This document shows, piece after piece, positions 36,564 to 45,768 of a stretch of 60,626 nt of DNA (position 1 is the stretch's first letter; every line of letters starts with the position of its first letter). The position numbers were made by a program, and so were the translations under genes. Source of the DNA: a virus. Lineage: Duplodnaviria; Caudoviricetes. The notes below the pieces were generated by a model. It had not been told where the DNA came from, did no database searches, and worked only from the letters and a program-made list of their open reading frames with translations. The DNA lies in the IMG/VR virus record IMGVR_UViG_3300032225_000604, positions 1 to 60,626 of that record; one strand, 5' to 3'.

Positions 36564-37219
36564 TCACCCGTAAGTTCTTGGAAAGTAAGTTTGATCTCGC
36601 GGATCAGTCCAGACTTGTTTATTGGTCCGAAGATGAAGGACTTGGCATTGAAGTTCAATGTGTGGGTTATCAATCGGCGTGTCTGCAAGTCGCCTTCGTA
36701 TTCCTCGTCGGTTCTGACGGAAGTCAATACGATTGGAATATCAACCTTCCGATCTATCTCCGTGAAGTTCATCGTGATCGTGAAATCGGGAGTGAAATAT
36801 GGAAGTATCTGCTCTATGATCTGATATCCATCATCGATTGAACGACTCATCACATGGACAGTGAAATCGAATGTATAGGGAACCTCGCTATAGGAATAGG
36901 AGAGGGTCTGGTCTTTTTCATTTCTGATGATATACGACTTGTTGAGGCTGTTCATCTTCCTATTGGTGTCATAGGACATTGAGGTGATCTCGAATCCAAT
37001 CCTCGGAAGAATATTCTCCACGGAATTGCGCGATCCATTCTCGTCAAGTTCCACGATCTTCCTGTAGAACTTCTCCTTCGGACCATATGAGATGGGAACC
37101 TTTATCTTCTTGATCTCGGTTCCATCCGCCTCGGTTCGCGAAATGTATATCTCATCGAACAACGAACCAAAGCCGATTACAAGTTTCCTGATGCTTGCAT
37201 GATAGAAGTAATCGAACAT
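36560..37219 (-). CDS. 15: Tail terminator/sheath stabilizer gp15
   Basis: FGSLFDEI, KVPISYGPKEKF, LPRIGFEI, QIIEQILPYFTP. Confidence 0.95.
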   Translation of the reverse strand: MFDYFYHASIRKLVIGFGSLFDEIYISRTEADGTEIKKIKVPISYGPKEKFYRKIVELDENGSRNSVENILPRIGFEITSMSYDTNRKMNSLNKSYIIRNEKDQTLSYSYSEVPYTFDFTVHVMSRSIDDGYQIIEQILPYFTPDFTITMNFTEIDRKVDIPIVLTSVRTDEEYEGDLQTRRLITHTLNFNAKSFIFGPINKSGLIREIKLTFQELTGE

Positions 37220-38073
37220 CAGTAGTTGCCCTCTGAGAACGGATCCTTATCGGAGAAATCTATCAAGTCCTTCGTAGCCCTCTCAAGTTCCATCTCATCG
37301 GTATCGTCTGCCGTCGTGTTGATGAATGTCTTCTCTGTGGTATCGATGGTGTTGTAGTAGCACGAAGCCTCGGACTTCAAGCCGCGCAAGGGAAGTACGG
37401 AGGATGGTGTTCCCACCTCGGAACGGACTTGCAATGTATTGGTAGGCACATCGAAGTTGAGTATGACCGCACTGTAGGTGCTGCTGCCGAAGGTCAATCC
37501 CTGATAGATCGTCTCTCCTTCGTAGAATGTAATACCGCTCGTAGCAAGGGTGAACTTGCGGATGGGCGTGATGAGGTTGTCTTCGATCTCGTCCACTTCC
37601 TGAATCTCCGTGGTGATTTCCTCGCCAGAGTAACGGAAGAGTTCACATGAAAGTTCGTATGCAAAGAACGAGTTCCTTGTCCCGACATACTTGATCTCGT
37701 AGAGACCGCCGTATTCGGGGAAGTAGATCAGGTCGCCTTCCTGCGGGACAAGGTCGGTTCCATATTTAGCGCACTCTTCGCTGAATCTCTTCTTGCCAAC
37801 CATCAAAGTTACGGAATCCTGTAGATTTATGCCGAACTTGTCCACGACTCTGCCAAGAGATTCGAAGAATTCATAATTGCTTACGAACATTTCGATCTGA
37901 AAACTCTTATTGAACTTCGAAATTGGGTCTTCGCCAAACAAGGCATCGAGTTTCTGGAACTTCCTAAAGATGTAATGTACATCAAAGCCATAGATCTTGA
38001 TCTGTTCGGTGACCAGTTGTTCGAACAGATCCGATTCGCGAGCGGAGACTTTGAAGTAGTTGTTTCTTGCCAT
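37219..38073 (-). CDS. 14: Neck protein gp14
   Basis: EQIKIYG, LFGED, PQEGDLIYFP, DFSDKDPF. Confidence 0.93.
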   Translation of the reverse strand: MARNNYFKVSARESDLFEQLVTEQIKIYGFDVHYIFRKFQKLDALFGEDPISKFNKSFQIEMFVSNYEFFESLGRVVDKFGINLQDSVTLMVGKKRFSEECAKYGTDLVPQEGDLIYFPEYGGLYEIKYVGTRNSFFAYELSCELFRYSGEEITTEIQEVDEIEDNLITPIRKFTLATSGITFYEGETIYQGLTFGSSTYSAVILNFDVPTNTLQVRSEVGTPSSVLPLRGLKSEASCYYNTIDTTEKTFINTTADDTDEMELERATKDLIDFSDKDPFSEGNY

Positions 38074-38841
38074 TTATCCCACCATGAAATCGACGGGGAG
38101 TTCGTACTTGGACTGCACGGTATCCTCTATCTGCCCAAGTTCCGTGGTTGCATCCGTATACATCTGCGCGGCATCGAACTTCATTCCACCAGGTAGTGCG
38201 ATGTTGGAGAACTTGCTGAGGTTTGCAGCCCACTGCCTCTTGATCAGCGCAGTGACATATCGCTTCAGTAGGATGTCATTGTATATCTCAGGATATGTCT
38301 CCGGATTGAGGGCAACCATGCAATCCATCATCATCTTGTCTCCCGCTCGGAAGTTGGTCCAATCCGTATTCATCCTGAGTTTGTTCGTAACGCGGCTGAA
38401 CTGTATCTGCTTCTCTGGTTGCAGGAACAACTCCAACATGCCAAGGTATTGCTTGGTGGTGTCATAGTAGTTGAGGTTGGATGTACCCGTAAGAAAGCCG
38501 TTGAAGTAGTCATTCAACATCAACTGATACTGCACGCTGAACATTCCGCTAGACATCGCCTGATCGATCACAAAGACCTTGTTGATCGTAACGATTTCAC
38601 CACCACTGGATCCCATAGGAATGTTTCCAGTATCGATGTACTTGTTTTGTATGTCGGTCTGTGTGAGGACATATGGGAGATACAGTTTCTCAACGCCATC
38701 GAAATGGTACTGAGAGAAGAACTGCAATGCATCGTCTATGCGATCCTCGACCTGTGCATCATCGACATTGATTTCAATTACAGGAAAGCCGAGCCGACGA
38801 AGGGCATAGTCCTTTAGATCTTCTCTTGCTGTTATTGCCAT
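38074..38841 (-). CDS. 13: Neck protein gp13
   Basis: YALRRLGFPVIEINVDDAQVEDRIDDAL, LIKRQWAANLSKF. Confidence 0.95.
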   Translation of the reverse strand: MAITAREDLKDYALRRLGFPVIEINVDDAQVEDRIDDALQFFSQYHFDGVEKLYLPYVLTQTDIQNKYIDTGNIPMGSSGGEIVTINKVFVIDQAMSSGMFSVQYQLMLNDYFNGFLTGTSNLNYYDTTKQYLGMLELFLQPEKQIQFSRVTNKLRMNTDWTNFRAGDKMMMDCMVALNPETYPEIYNDILLKRYVTALIKRQWAANLSKFSNIALPGGMKFDAAQMYTDATTELGQIEDTVQSKYELPVDFMVG

Positions 38842-39134
38842 TACTGCCTCCTAGCATTCCGAAGATTCTCAAAGTACTTGGTATCTGCTTCTCTCTGACT
38901 CCTGCACATCCTGAGTTCCGGCATCCGTGCTGCTAGTTCATCTGCAAGTGAATACGGAATCTCGCACCCCATCTGATTCGTTCCATCCGACACATAATGC
39001 TTCCTGCCATCATAATAATGAATCTCATATGATTTCTTATCGTATGAGGGAACCACGGAAAGAAGATCGCTCAATGCAAATGTCTCTCCATTCAAAACAA
39101 CTCGCTCACCCACTCGGTTCATTACAAAGGGCAT
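38841..39134 (-). CDS. Hypothetical protein
   Basis: 97-aa ORF tiling between tail genes and gp13 (TAATG overlap). Confidence 0.65.
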   Translation of the reverse strand: MPFVMNRVGERVVLNGETFALSDLLSVVPSYDKKSYEIHYYDGRKHYVSDGTNQMGCEIPYSLADELAARMPELRMCRSQREADTKYFENLRNARRQ

Positions 39135-39137
39135 GTG

Positions 39138-41066
39138 TTATTCCGCGCTAAGATTGCCACCCGAACTATAGCCAGTCAACTTGTTTATCTTTGCAGTCTT
39201 GATGTCATTTACTGTTGCTGCCGTGCTTATTATTCCCTTGGCAACAGTTGCTGCATTCTTGATGTTGTTCTGATACTCAAGGATGTCCAGCCGCAGGTTG
39301 CTTATTTCAGTCGCGCTCAGTTTTCGTGTGATTCCCTTTGCATCGATGAACGAATAACTAGCCAAGCAGATTCCCTGTGTGGCTAGATATCCGCTGTCCA
39401 TGATGTACTTCATAGTTGATGTATCCAGTGGATTGAGATAGAGTGAGTTGTGGTTTGCACCAGACCCATAGGACAATCCATTGTTGGCTGCAAAGAGCCT
39501 CCTGAATGGATTCTGACCAATCTGTGTATTGAATATGCTTCCAGAAGATCCCTTATTTCCACTGCATCCCTCTATGGTAGTCAGAAGTTCCAGATTGCGA
39601 TTGAATAGGATGTCATTTCTGTAGTTGGTTGCATAGACATTGAGCAATGGCTGATTGTCATATACCTGATACAGTGCAAATGGGTAGTCGTATCCGTGAA
39701 CATAGTATGCCGTTGTTCCTGGCACAGCCGTATTGACGAACTGATTTACGATGGCACCATAGTTTATCGTAAATCCTGTAGGATCCGAATATGATGTTGC
39801 TCCGGCATAACCCAGTGTGTATCTCACGATATCCTTGAAACCTACTTGTGCATAATATGCTTGCACTCCCCCAGTCACAGGTACAAAGACATCTGATATC
39901 GTGACAGCGGTTCCAGCAACATAATCCGTGCTTTCACAATAGAAGTTCTGTACACCGTCAATTCCATTGAAATTGAGCAGGAAGCATGTTTCCGAGTTCT
40001 TTGTGAAACCAAGCAAGGTTGGGACACCCAGTGTTCCACCTGCGTATGGGAGGAATCCATAACCAGATGGACCAAATAGCCCCGATGTGACTCCCGATTC
40101 CAGCATTCGCAAGGAATCGATATAGCCATCGAATGATTCAGTTCCGGCATTGTTGTTTCCGATATACAATGCGCCGTCATAACGAACTTCGGGTAGAGTT
40201 GCCGACGAAGTGACACCAAATGTGAACTTATTGATTCCGTTGAAATAGCCAGACATCTGATAGCACACTCCTGCGCCATTTCGCACAAGAGCAACCGCAA
40301 CATGATGCCAAGTATTGGTTGTCAGACCCGCTGTATTGATTATGTTCTGGGAATAATTGTATCCACCGCTAGTGCCATACGATTGCCATGCAAATTGCAG
40401 GAATCCTGCGCTGCTGTCATATGCAAGTTTCCAGTTGGCAGATGCTCCAGTCGGTCCCTTTTGTGCAAGGGTGAAATTGCTGGCTGTTGTGGTTGGATAG
40501 AAGAACATCTCTATTGCATAGGAATGAGTGGCACCAGCACCAATGTTATTGTGTGGTGCCGTATATCCGCCAAGATTCCTCTTGCTCAAATTAGTCACAT
40601 AAATGAAACCACCTGTATATCCGCCTCCACTCTTAGTGAACTTACCCGATGAAGGTCCAAACTTTTTCTGTGTGGTGCTATGCTGTGGTTTGGTTGTCGT
40701 ATCAAGTCGATTTCCGACTGCCCTACCATTAGTAACATCCTGCACAACTCTTGTTCCGTATGTGATGTTTGGATATGGATAATCCATCAACAGGGTAACT
40801 TCGGAACGCGGATCATATGCATCAGCACCACCAGTACTCTTGAAACTAGTCATCAATCCATTGTAAGTTGGCGTTGCGTTTTCATTTCCATCGACCAATG
40901 TGTCGATTAGTCTGTTGCTCGGAAGAACGGTTTCGTCCACGAATGCATGTACAAGAGGATTGAGACCTATTGTCTCCGCAACAAGTTCCGAGGTATCGCT
41001 ATAGGAAGCGGCTGATACTGAGGTCAACCTTCCAAAAGAGTCGAATGTGCAGAGTCTGTACGGCAT
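39138..41066 (-). CDS. Tail/virion protein with LamG/concanavalin-like domain
   Basis: STTQKKFG, IEMFFYP, TWHHVAV, YFNG, FDGYIDSLR, LLNFNG pattern. Confidence 0.75.
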   Translation of the reverse strand: MPYRLCTFDSFGRLTSVSAASYSDTSELVAETIGLNPLVHAFVDETVLPSNRLIDTLVDGNENATPTYNGLMTSFKSTGGADAYDPRSEVTLLMDYPYPNITYGTRVVQDVTNGRAVGNRLDTTTKPQHSTTQKKFGPSSGKFTKSGGGYTGGFIYVTNLSKRNLGGYTAPHNNIGAGATHSYAIEMFFYPTTTASNFTLAQKGPTGASANWKLAYDSSAGFLQFAWQSYGTSGGYNYSQNIINTAGLTTNTWHHVAVALVRNGAGVCYQMSGYFNGINKFTFGVTSSATLPEVRYDGALYIGNNNAGTESFDGYIDSLRMLESGVTSGLFGPSGYGFLPYAGGTLGVPTLLGFTKNSETCFLLNFNGIDGVQNFYCESTDYVAGTAVTISDVFVPVTGGVQAYYAQVGFKDIVRYTLGYAGATSYSDPTGFTINYGAIVNQFVNTAVPGTTAYYVHGYDYPFALYQVYDNQPLLNVYATNYRNDILFNRNLELLTTIEGCSGNKGSSGSIFNTQIGQNPFRRLFAANNGLSYGSGANHNSLYLNPLDTSTMKYIMDSGYLATQGICLASYSFIDAKGITRKLSATEISNLRLDILEYQNNIKNAATVAKGIISTAATVNDIKTAKINKLTGYSSGGNLSAE

Positions 41067-41081
41067 CTAGTTTTCCTTGGC

Positions 41082-42062
41082 TTATGTGGATGTCAAAAGG
41101 GCATCCACTGTGTAGTTACCAGTTATTCCACCCGGACCTGTCTTGCCCGAACCATCTTCTGGTGGGAAGAGATATGATGGCGGCTTTACCGAGGCATATC
41201 CTGCCCGTCCCTTGGCGATGAGTGCAAGGAGACCAGTCGATGATAGTGTGCTAGTATTGGTCACCGAATCTCCACCAACGACATTGCTGTAGTCCACGGC
41301 ATGGCTGAATGGAACATATCTATAACTTGCGGATGGGGTCGCAGCAATGTTGAATTTTGCCGTATCTGTGGCAAATCCTACTGCATTGCTGTCGCGCCAG
41401 ATCTGCGACCAAACGAAACTCAATGGCTTGGCGTCGAGAACTGGACCAGAAAGACCAACCGATGCCTTGGTTGTCAATGCAGTGGAGTTGTTCTGACAAT
41501 ACGAGTTGTCCGAACTGCGGAAGTGAGTTGGTACTGCTTCCGAATCAGTTGACCAGAATGATGTCATGCTCTCAAACTCGCTGCTATACCAAGCGGAGTT
41601 GTTGGATATGTTCACTCCATATCGAACGGGGAACACCGAAGCCGAGTATCGCGAATTGATGCTTGAGGAAGCATTTGCATTGTAGTTGCTGGCACACAAT
41701 GCAGACACCGAGTTTCCGATCTGCATCGATGATGTCTGAGTGGCATTGAATCCCGTCTGCGATGCATGGGCAACGCAGTTTGCGGTCTGTATCGTGGAGT
41801 TATATGCAGAGGTGAATGTTCCGTTCCTATTGAACACACCAACCGAAGAGTGGCATGTCATGTTCGAGCCGTTGTAGGAAATATAAGCATTTCCAGAGGC
41901 ATCGGACAGAGAAAGAATATCATACTGATATGTTGCGGGTGGAGTTCCCTGAGTAATCACTACAGTTCCGCCACCAGACGAAGAACCACCGGAACCGACA
42001 TCAAGTCCTCCTCCTGTCGTGGTGCTGTTGTTGTCTGATGTTGTCGTATCAACTGTTGGCAT
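41082..42062 (-). CDS. Ser/Thr-rich tail spike-like protein (beta-helix-like repeats)
   Basis: Periodic F.A..SS.....S.S repeats; AGGAG RBS; located in the tail module. Confidence 0.55.
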   Translation of the reverse strand: MPTVDTTTSDNNSTTTGGGLDVGSGGSSSGGGTVVITQGTPPATYQYDILSLSDASGNAYISYNGSNMTCHSSVGVFNRNGTFTSAYNSTIQTANCVAHASQTGFNATQTSSMQIGNSVSALCASNYNANASSSINSRYSASVFPVRYGVNISNNSAWYSSEFESMTSFWSTDSEAVPTHFRSSDNSYCQNNSTALTTKASVGLSGPVLDAKPLSFVWSQIWRDSNAVGFATDTAKFNIAATPSASYRYVPFSHAVDYSNVVGGDSVTNTSTLSSTGLLALIAKGRAGYASVKPPSYLFPPEDGSGKTGPGGITGNYTVDALLTST

Positions 42063-42079
42063 CGGTCAGATTCTCCTGT

Positions 42080-43915
42080 TTATTGATTTATCGTCGGATC
42101 GCCCGATTCCAATGCACCGACTCGTACTGCAACAGACAGCATCTTTTCGCGCGGATCCCAATCCCAAACAGTTCCCTTTACCTTACCATCGGGTGTAGCA
42201 AAAGTCTGACCATGATTGAATGAATTGTCTGCAAAATCCTGAGTTGCTCCTGCTTGCTTCAGGCGAATCGATACAATCGATTGTCCTGAGAATGCCGCGA
42301 AGCATCTTTCCGCAATCATGCTTGATGAGTTGAATGCTCCGAATGCCATCGATCCCATTCCTGTGCATACGCTTCCAATGGTCTTGATTGCAGACCTATT
42401 GTTTGCAAGCACTCCAAATGAACAGTTGGATGCGACTATCTTTCCTAGATCAACATCCGAACCACGATTTGCATAGAATCCGACATGGAAATCCTTGATT
42501 CCTACATTGCTGCACAGAGCAGTTCCAAGACCATCGGGTTCATTTACCATGACTTCACCGAGCCTTGCTGCCGATGTCTGTATTGCTGCCTTGTTGCTAT
42601 ATCCGGTGGATGTACCAGAACCTGGTGCAATCAGGTTGTAGTGTGCTGGCATTGCCACACCGTCAAAGAAGATATTCTTTATCTTTCTAAGACCACCAGA
42701 CTGTATGGTGAGTATGTTTCCGAACCTGCGGAACACGGTGGGAATCAACTTTACCGTGACCTTATTGCTATTGACCAACTTCCAGTTTGCGGAATTGCCC
42801 ATTCCAGCATAGCCATTGACTGGTGTGTGTTCGTGATAGTTTTTTCCAAACAAAGCACTGTCGTTTAGGAATGACCCCGCACCACCCGTTGCCGTGAACC
42901 ATCCCTGTAGATTGCTTACAGTTATTCCAGAATAGACATATGCTGCTGTCTTTCCTGAAAGATTTCCTGTTGGGAAAGTGGCACCCATGTAGTTTGCAGT
43001 TGACCCATTTATGTTGGGTACTCCAGTAGTGTTCGGCAGACCATAGTATCCAACGGGAACATTGCTGAGATAGTGACCTCTCTTCTGCACTCCCCCGAAA
43101 CTATATGCTGCAAGGAACCAGTTGTTTGTTTCCACTTCTGTGGTATCTGCGGCATTTGCACAGGAACCCGCGATATACGAAATTCCGCTTTGCGGATTTC
43201 CGTACATTCTCCCCCAGTTCATGGTGGTTCCTGCGGGAATGCAGAACCAATCGTCTCGGACGGACGATTCCACGGTAACTGTTCCGAATGTTGCACCAAT
43301 CAACTTATGGCAGCCAAGAATGGATGCCTGCTTCAGCAGGTTATTCCTTGGGTGGAATGGATATGAAGCATAGAAATATGTCGGATTATAGTCATCTTTG
43401 TAGACCAAATCGTAGTCTTCGATGATTACTCCGTTTCCCGACACCGAATGATTTGAGGAAAGTTTATTTGCAGCCGTGATTGGCGAGAAGACCGTATTAT
43501 CATCCGGTCGGACACAAGTCATCGTGATGCCATGCGTCACGCCAGAGTAGTACTTGAAGAATCCATTTGCCGTGAAGCCAGATGTCTTGTAGTTGCTGAC
43601 ATACTGCAATAGAAGCGTCTCTGGATCTGCTCCGATCAAGGCAATCCTGCTGCCCTGATCGTGATCAAGCACAAGTTGATCTTCTATATCATAGATTCCT
43701 GCTGCAAAGTTGATCGTGACAAATCCAAACTCAGAGATAAACTTATCTCCGAGCCATTCGAATGCACGGGCGGGGGTTCTAAACGGAGATCCCTGCTCAA
43801 TTCCTGAGTTGAGGACATCGTCTCCATATGGGCTGACATAGAGATTGACATGCGTGGCGATGACTATCTTCTCGCCTGGTGATATCGTTACCCTATGTGC
43901 TGAAAATTCTCCCAT
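42080..43915 (-). CDS. Tail fibre/spike protein with beta-helix-like region
   Basis: LYVSPYGDD..SPFRTPARA..TINFAAGIY N-terminus and C-terminal GFYANRGS/GVLANNRS repeats. Confidence 0.65.
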   Translation of the reverse strand: MGEFSAHRVTISPGEKIVIATHVNLYVSPYGDDVLNSGIEQGSPFRTPARAFEWLGDKFISEFGFVTINFAAGIYDIEDQLVLDHDQGSRIALIGADPETLLLQYVSNYKTSGFTANGFFKYYSGVTHGITMTCVRPDDNTVFSPITAANKLSSNHSVSGNGVIIEDYDLVYKDDYNPTYFYASYPFHPRNNLLKQASILGCHKLIGATFGTVTVESSVRDDWFCIPAGTTMNWGRMYGNPQSGISYIAGSCANAADTTEVETNNWFLAAYSFGGVQKRGHYLSNVPVGYYGLPNTTGVPNINGSTANYMGATFPTGNLSGKTAAYVYSGITVSNLQGWFTATGGAGSFLNDSALFGKNYHEHTPVNGYAGMGNSANWKLVNSNKVTVKLIPTVFRRFGNILTIQSGGLRKIKNIFFDGVAMPAHYNLIAPGSGTSTGYSNKAAIQTSAARLGEVMVNEPDGLGTALCSNVGIKDFHVGFYANRGSDVDLGKIVASNCSFGVLANNRSAIKTIGSVCTGMGSMAFGAFNSSSMIAERCFAAFSGQSIVSIRLKQAGATQDFADNSFNHGQTFATPDGKVKGTVWDWDPREKMLSVAVRVGALESGDPTINQ

Positions 43916-43925
43916 TTACTTTTCC

Positions 43926-45758
43926 TTACACGGCAGTGCCGCCGCCATAGACCGTTAGATTCAAATATTGGAAATTGTCGCTGTGGGTTGCGCCGATTAT
44001 GTCATACACCAAAACACCAAAAGTCAAGCCACCGTAGTTATACGGATTTGCAATGAACATCTGCGTAACGCCAGAGGTAGATTTAGTCACACTTGCTTCA
44101 ACTATGTATTGAGTCTGTGCGGTTGTTCCCAACTCTGAAAGTAGGTCGTGGCTGAAGACATAGTTTCCCTTGGCTGCACGGGTTATTCCCCATGTGCCAT
44201 ATCCAATGTCCGTGGTGCATCCCGTTCCACTGGTAGCACGAACCCAACGCTTTGCTGTATTCTTGGCAATTACCGCACCACCACCGGATGGACCTAACTT
44301 CAGGATTTTAGCATATGAATCCTTGCGAGTCTTGATGATCCAGCACATTACCATGTGCTGAGGAACATTGTTGTGGGCAACATCACCACCCGCATTTGCA
44401 ATGCTGAAAGTTACTCCTGGCGTAAGATTGCTTGCGCTCAGTGATATGTTTCCATTGACCGTGTGCGTGTGAGTTCCTGTTGCGGGAATCAATGTGCTGT
44501 TGGCTACCGATGGATCCACGAAGATGGTGTTGGTTCCACTCTCAAAGGATGCTCCAACAGATGCGATGTTGTGATTATGCGCTCCTGCTTGTCCTGTGGT
44601 TACATTGAAAGTTCCGCTGATATTGCCTTCAAGAGATGCCGATGAAATAGCATCGTGGCTGTGGATCGGCATCTCGTTGAATGTAAGCGTATGTACTTCC
44701 TCGCCGCCCATCTTTCCGACAGTATATGCATTGAATGCAGTATTCTGCGATCCAGTAATGCTTCTGGAATCACCTATCACAAATCGCGCACGGAGATCTG
44801 GCTTCTTGAACTTGGTCTTGGTGGGTGAAGAAGACACCTTATACTGAATATCAAGAGGAGAAGTTCCGATATAAAGTCTTCCCTGATCGTTCAGCACCAA
44901 TGCATCGTTATGATATGATGCACTCGACACACCATCGACATACAGTGGATCTACGAATATCTCCGCTCCCGTGACATTGTCACCCGAAACTGTTCCGCTC
45001 AATATCGTGCATTTGATCGTTCCGAAGGACGGACGCGAGATATAGAAAATACTTCCTGCAAGATTGTCGGTGGTCAAGGATCCGTTTCCGCTATTCGCCA
45101 CCTTGGTCAAGTCGGCAGTTTGCACGAATCCATATATCTGTCCGCTATTCAATGCCGAATATAGATCGGCGTAAGCAGTTACTCCGAGCAGCCCGCCGTC
45201 ACAGATGTCCCAACCCGAGGGAATCTGTGCCATGTTTCCTGCAAAAGCGGAAACCGAACCAACTGGCTGTATATCGCTAAGATCAACCGTGGAATCTCCT
45301 GCTATCCTCGACCCAATAGAGTTCACCACAATTCCGTCGATGGTTCCCTGATAAAGGGTTCCATCCACGGCTAGACCTGTGGTGATTATCACTGGCTTGA
45401 TGACATGACCTGGATTGCTTGGTGCGCTTGCAGACAACTTTCCTGCCGACACACCCGAAAGGTAGAATACCTGCGCTCCCGTGAATCCCGTGATGGTTGA
45501 CATCACGCTATCGGGAAGAGATATCTCTCCCGAATAGACTACCGTGAAGTCAGTTCCCGAGATCGACTCGACAACTCCCATGAAGTTGGCATTGGTTTCC
45601 GAATCAGCCTGTGCGCGGAGATACTTGTCCGTAACCGGATCATAACGAATGACATCGCCAACGCCGATCACATCTGCGGTAAGACCAGCCATGCTGATCT
45701 TGTTCCTCGTTGACCTGACATCTGCCAATGCTACTGGATCGAATGCGCTACTTCCCAT
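43926..45758 (-). CDS. Tail fibre with phage tail-collar domain (gp12/gp10-like)
   Basis: PVGSVSAFAG..IPSGWDICDG, PDLRARFVIG, GGEEVHTLT..EMPIHSH, HNH, HTH, HNNVP..MCWIIK. Confidence 0.85.
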   Translation of the reverse strand: MGSSAFDPVALADVRSTRNKISMAGLTADVIGVGDVIRYDPVTDKYLRAQADSETNANFMGVVESISGTDFTVVYSGEISLPDSVMSTITGFTGAQVFYLSGVSAGKLSASAPSNPGHVIKPVIITTGLAVDGTLYQGTIDGIVVNSIGSRIAGDSTVDLSDIQPVGSVSAFAGNMAQIPSGWDICDGGLLGVTAYADLYSALNSGQIYGFVQTADLTKVANSGNGSLTTDNLAGSIFYISRPSFGTIKCTILSGTVSGDNVTGAEIFVDPLYVDGVSSASYHNDALVLNDQGRLYIGTSPLDIQYKVSSSPTKTKFKKPDLRARFVIGDSRSITGSQNTAFNAYTVGKMGGEEVHTLTFNEMPIHSHDAISSASLEGNISGTFNVTTGQAGAHNHNIASVGASFESGTNTIFVDPSVANSTLIPATGTHTHTVNGNISLSASNLTPGVTFSIANAGGDVAHNNVPQHMVMCWIIKTRKDSYAKILKLGPSGGGAVIAKNTAKRWVRATSGTGCTTDIGYGTWGITRAAKGNYVFSHDLLSELGTTAQTQYIVEASVTKSTSGVTQMFIANPYNYGGLTFGVLVYDIIGATHSDNFQYLNLTVYGGGTAV

Positions 45759-45768
45759 TTATGCCTCT

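Noticed and set aside
36550-36600. Programmed frameshift fusing gp15 to the 805-aa ORF
   Set aside because: No slippery heptamer visible; the ATGA overlap is ordinary translational coupling, common in this window
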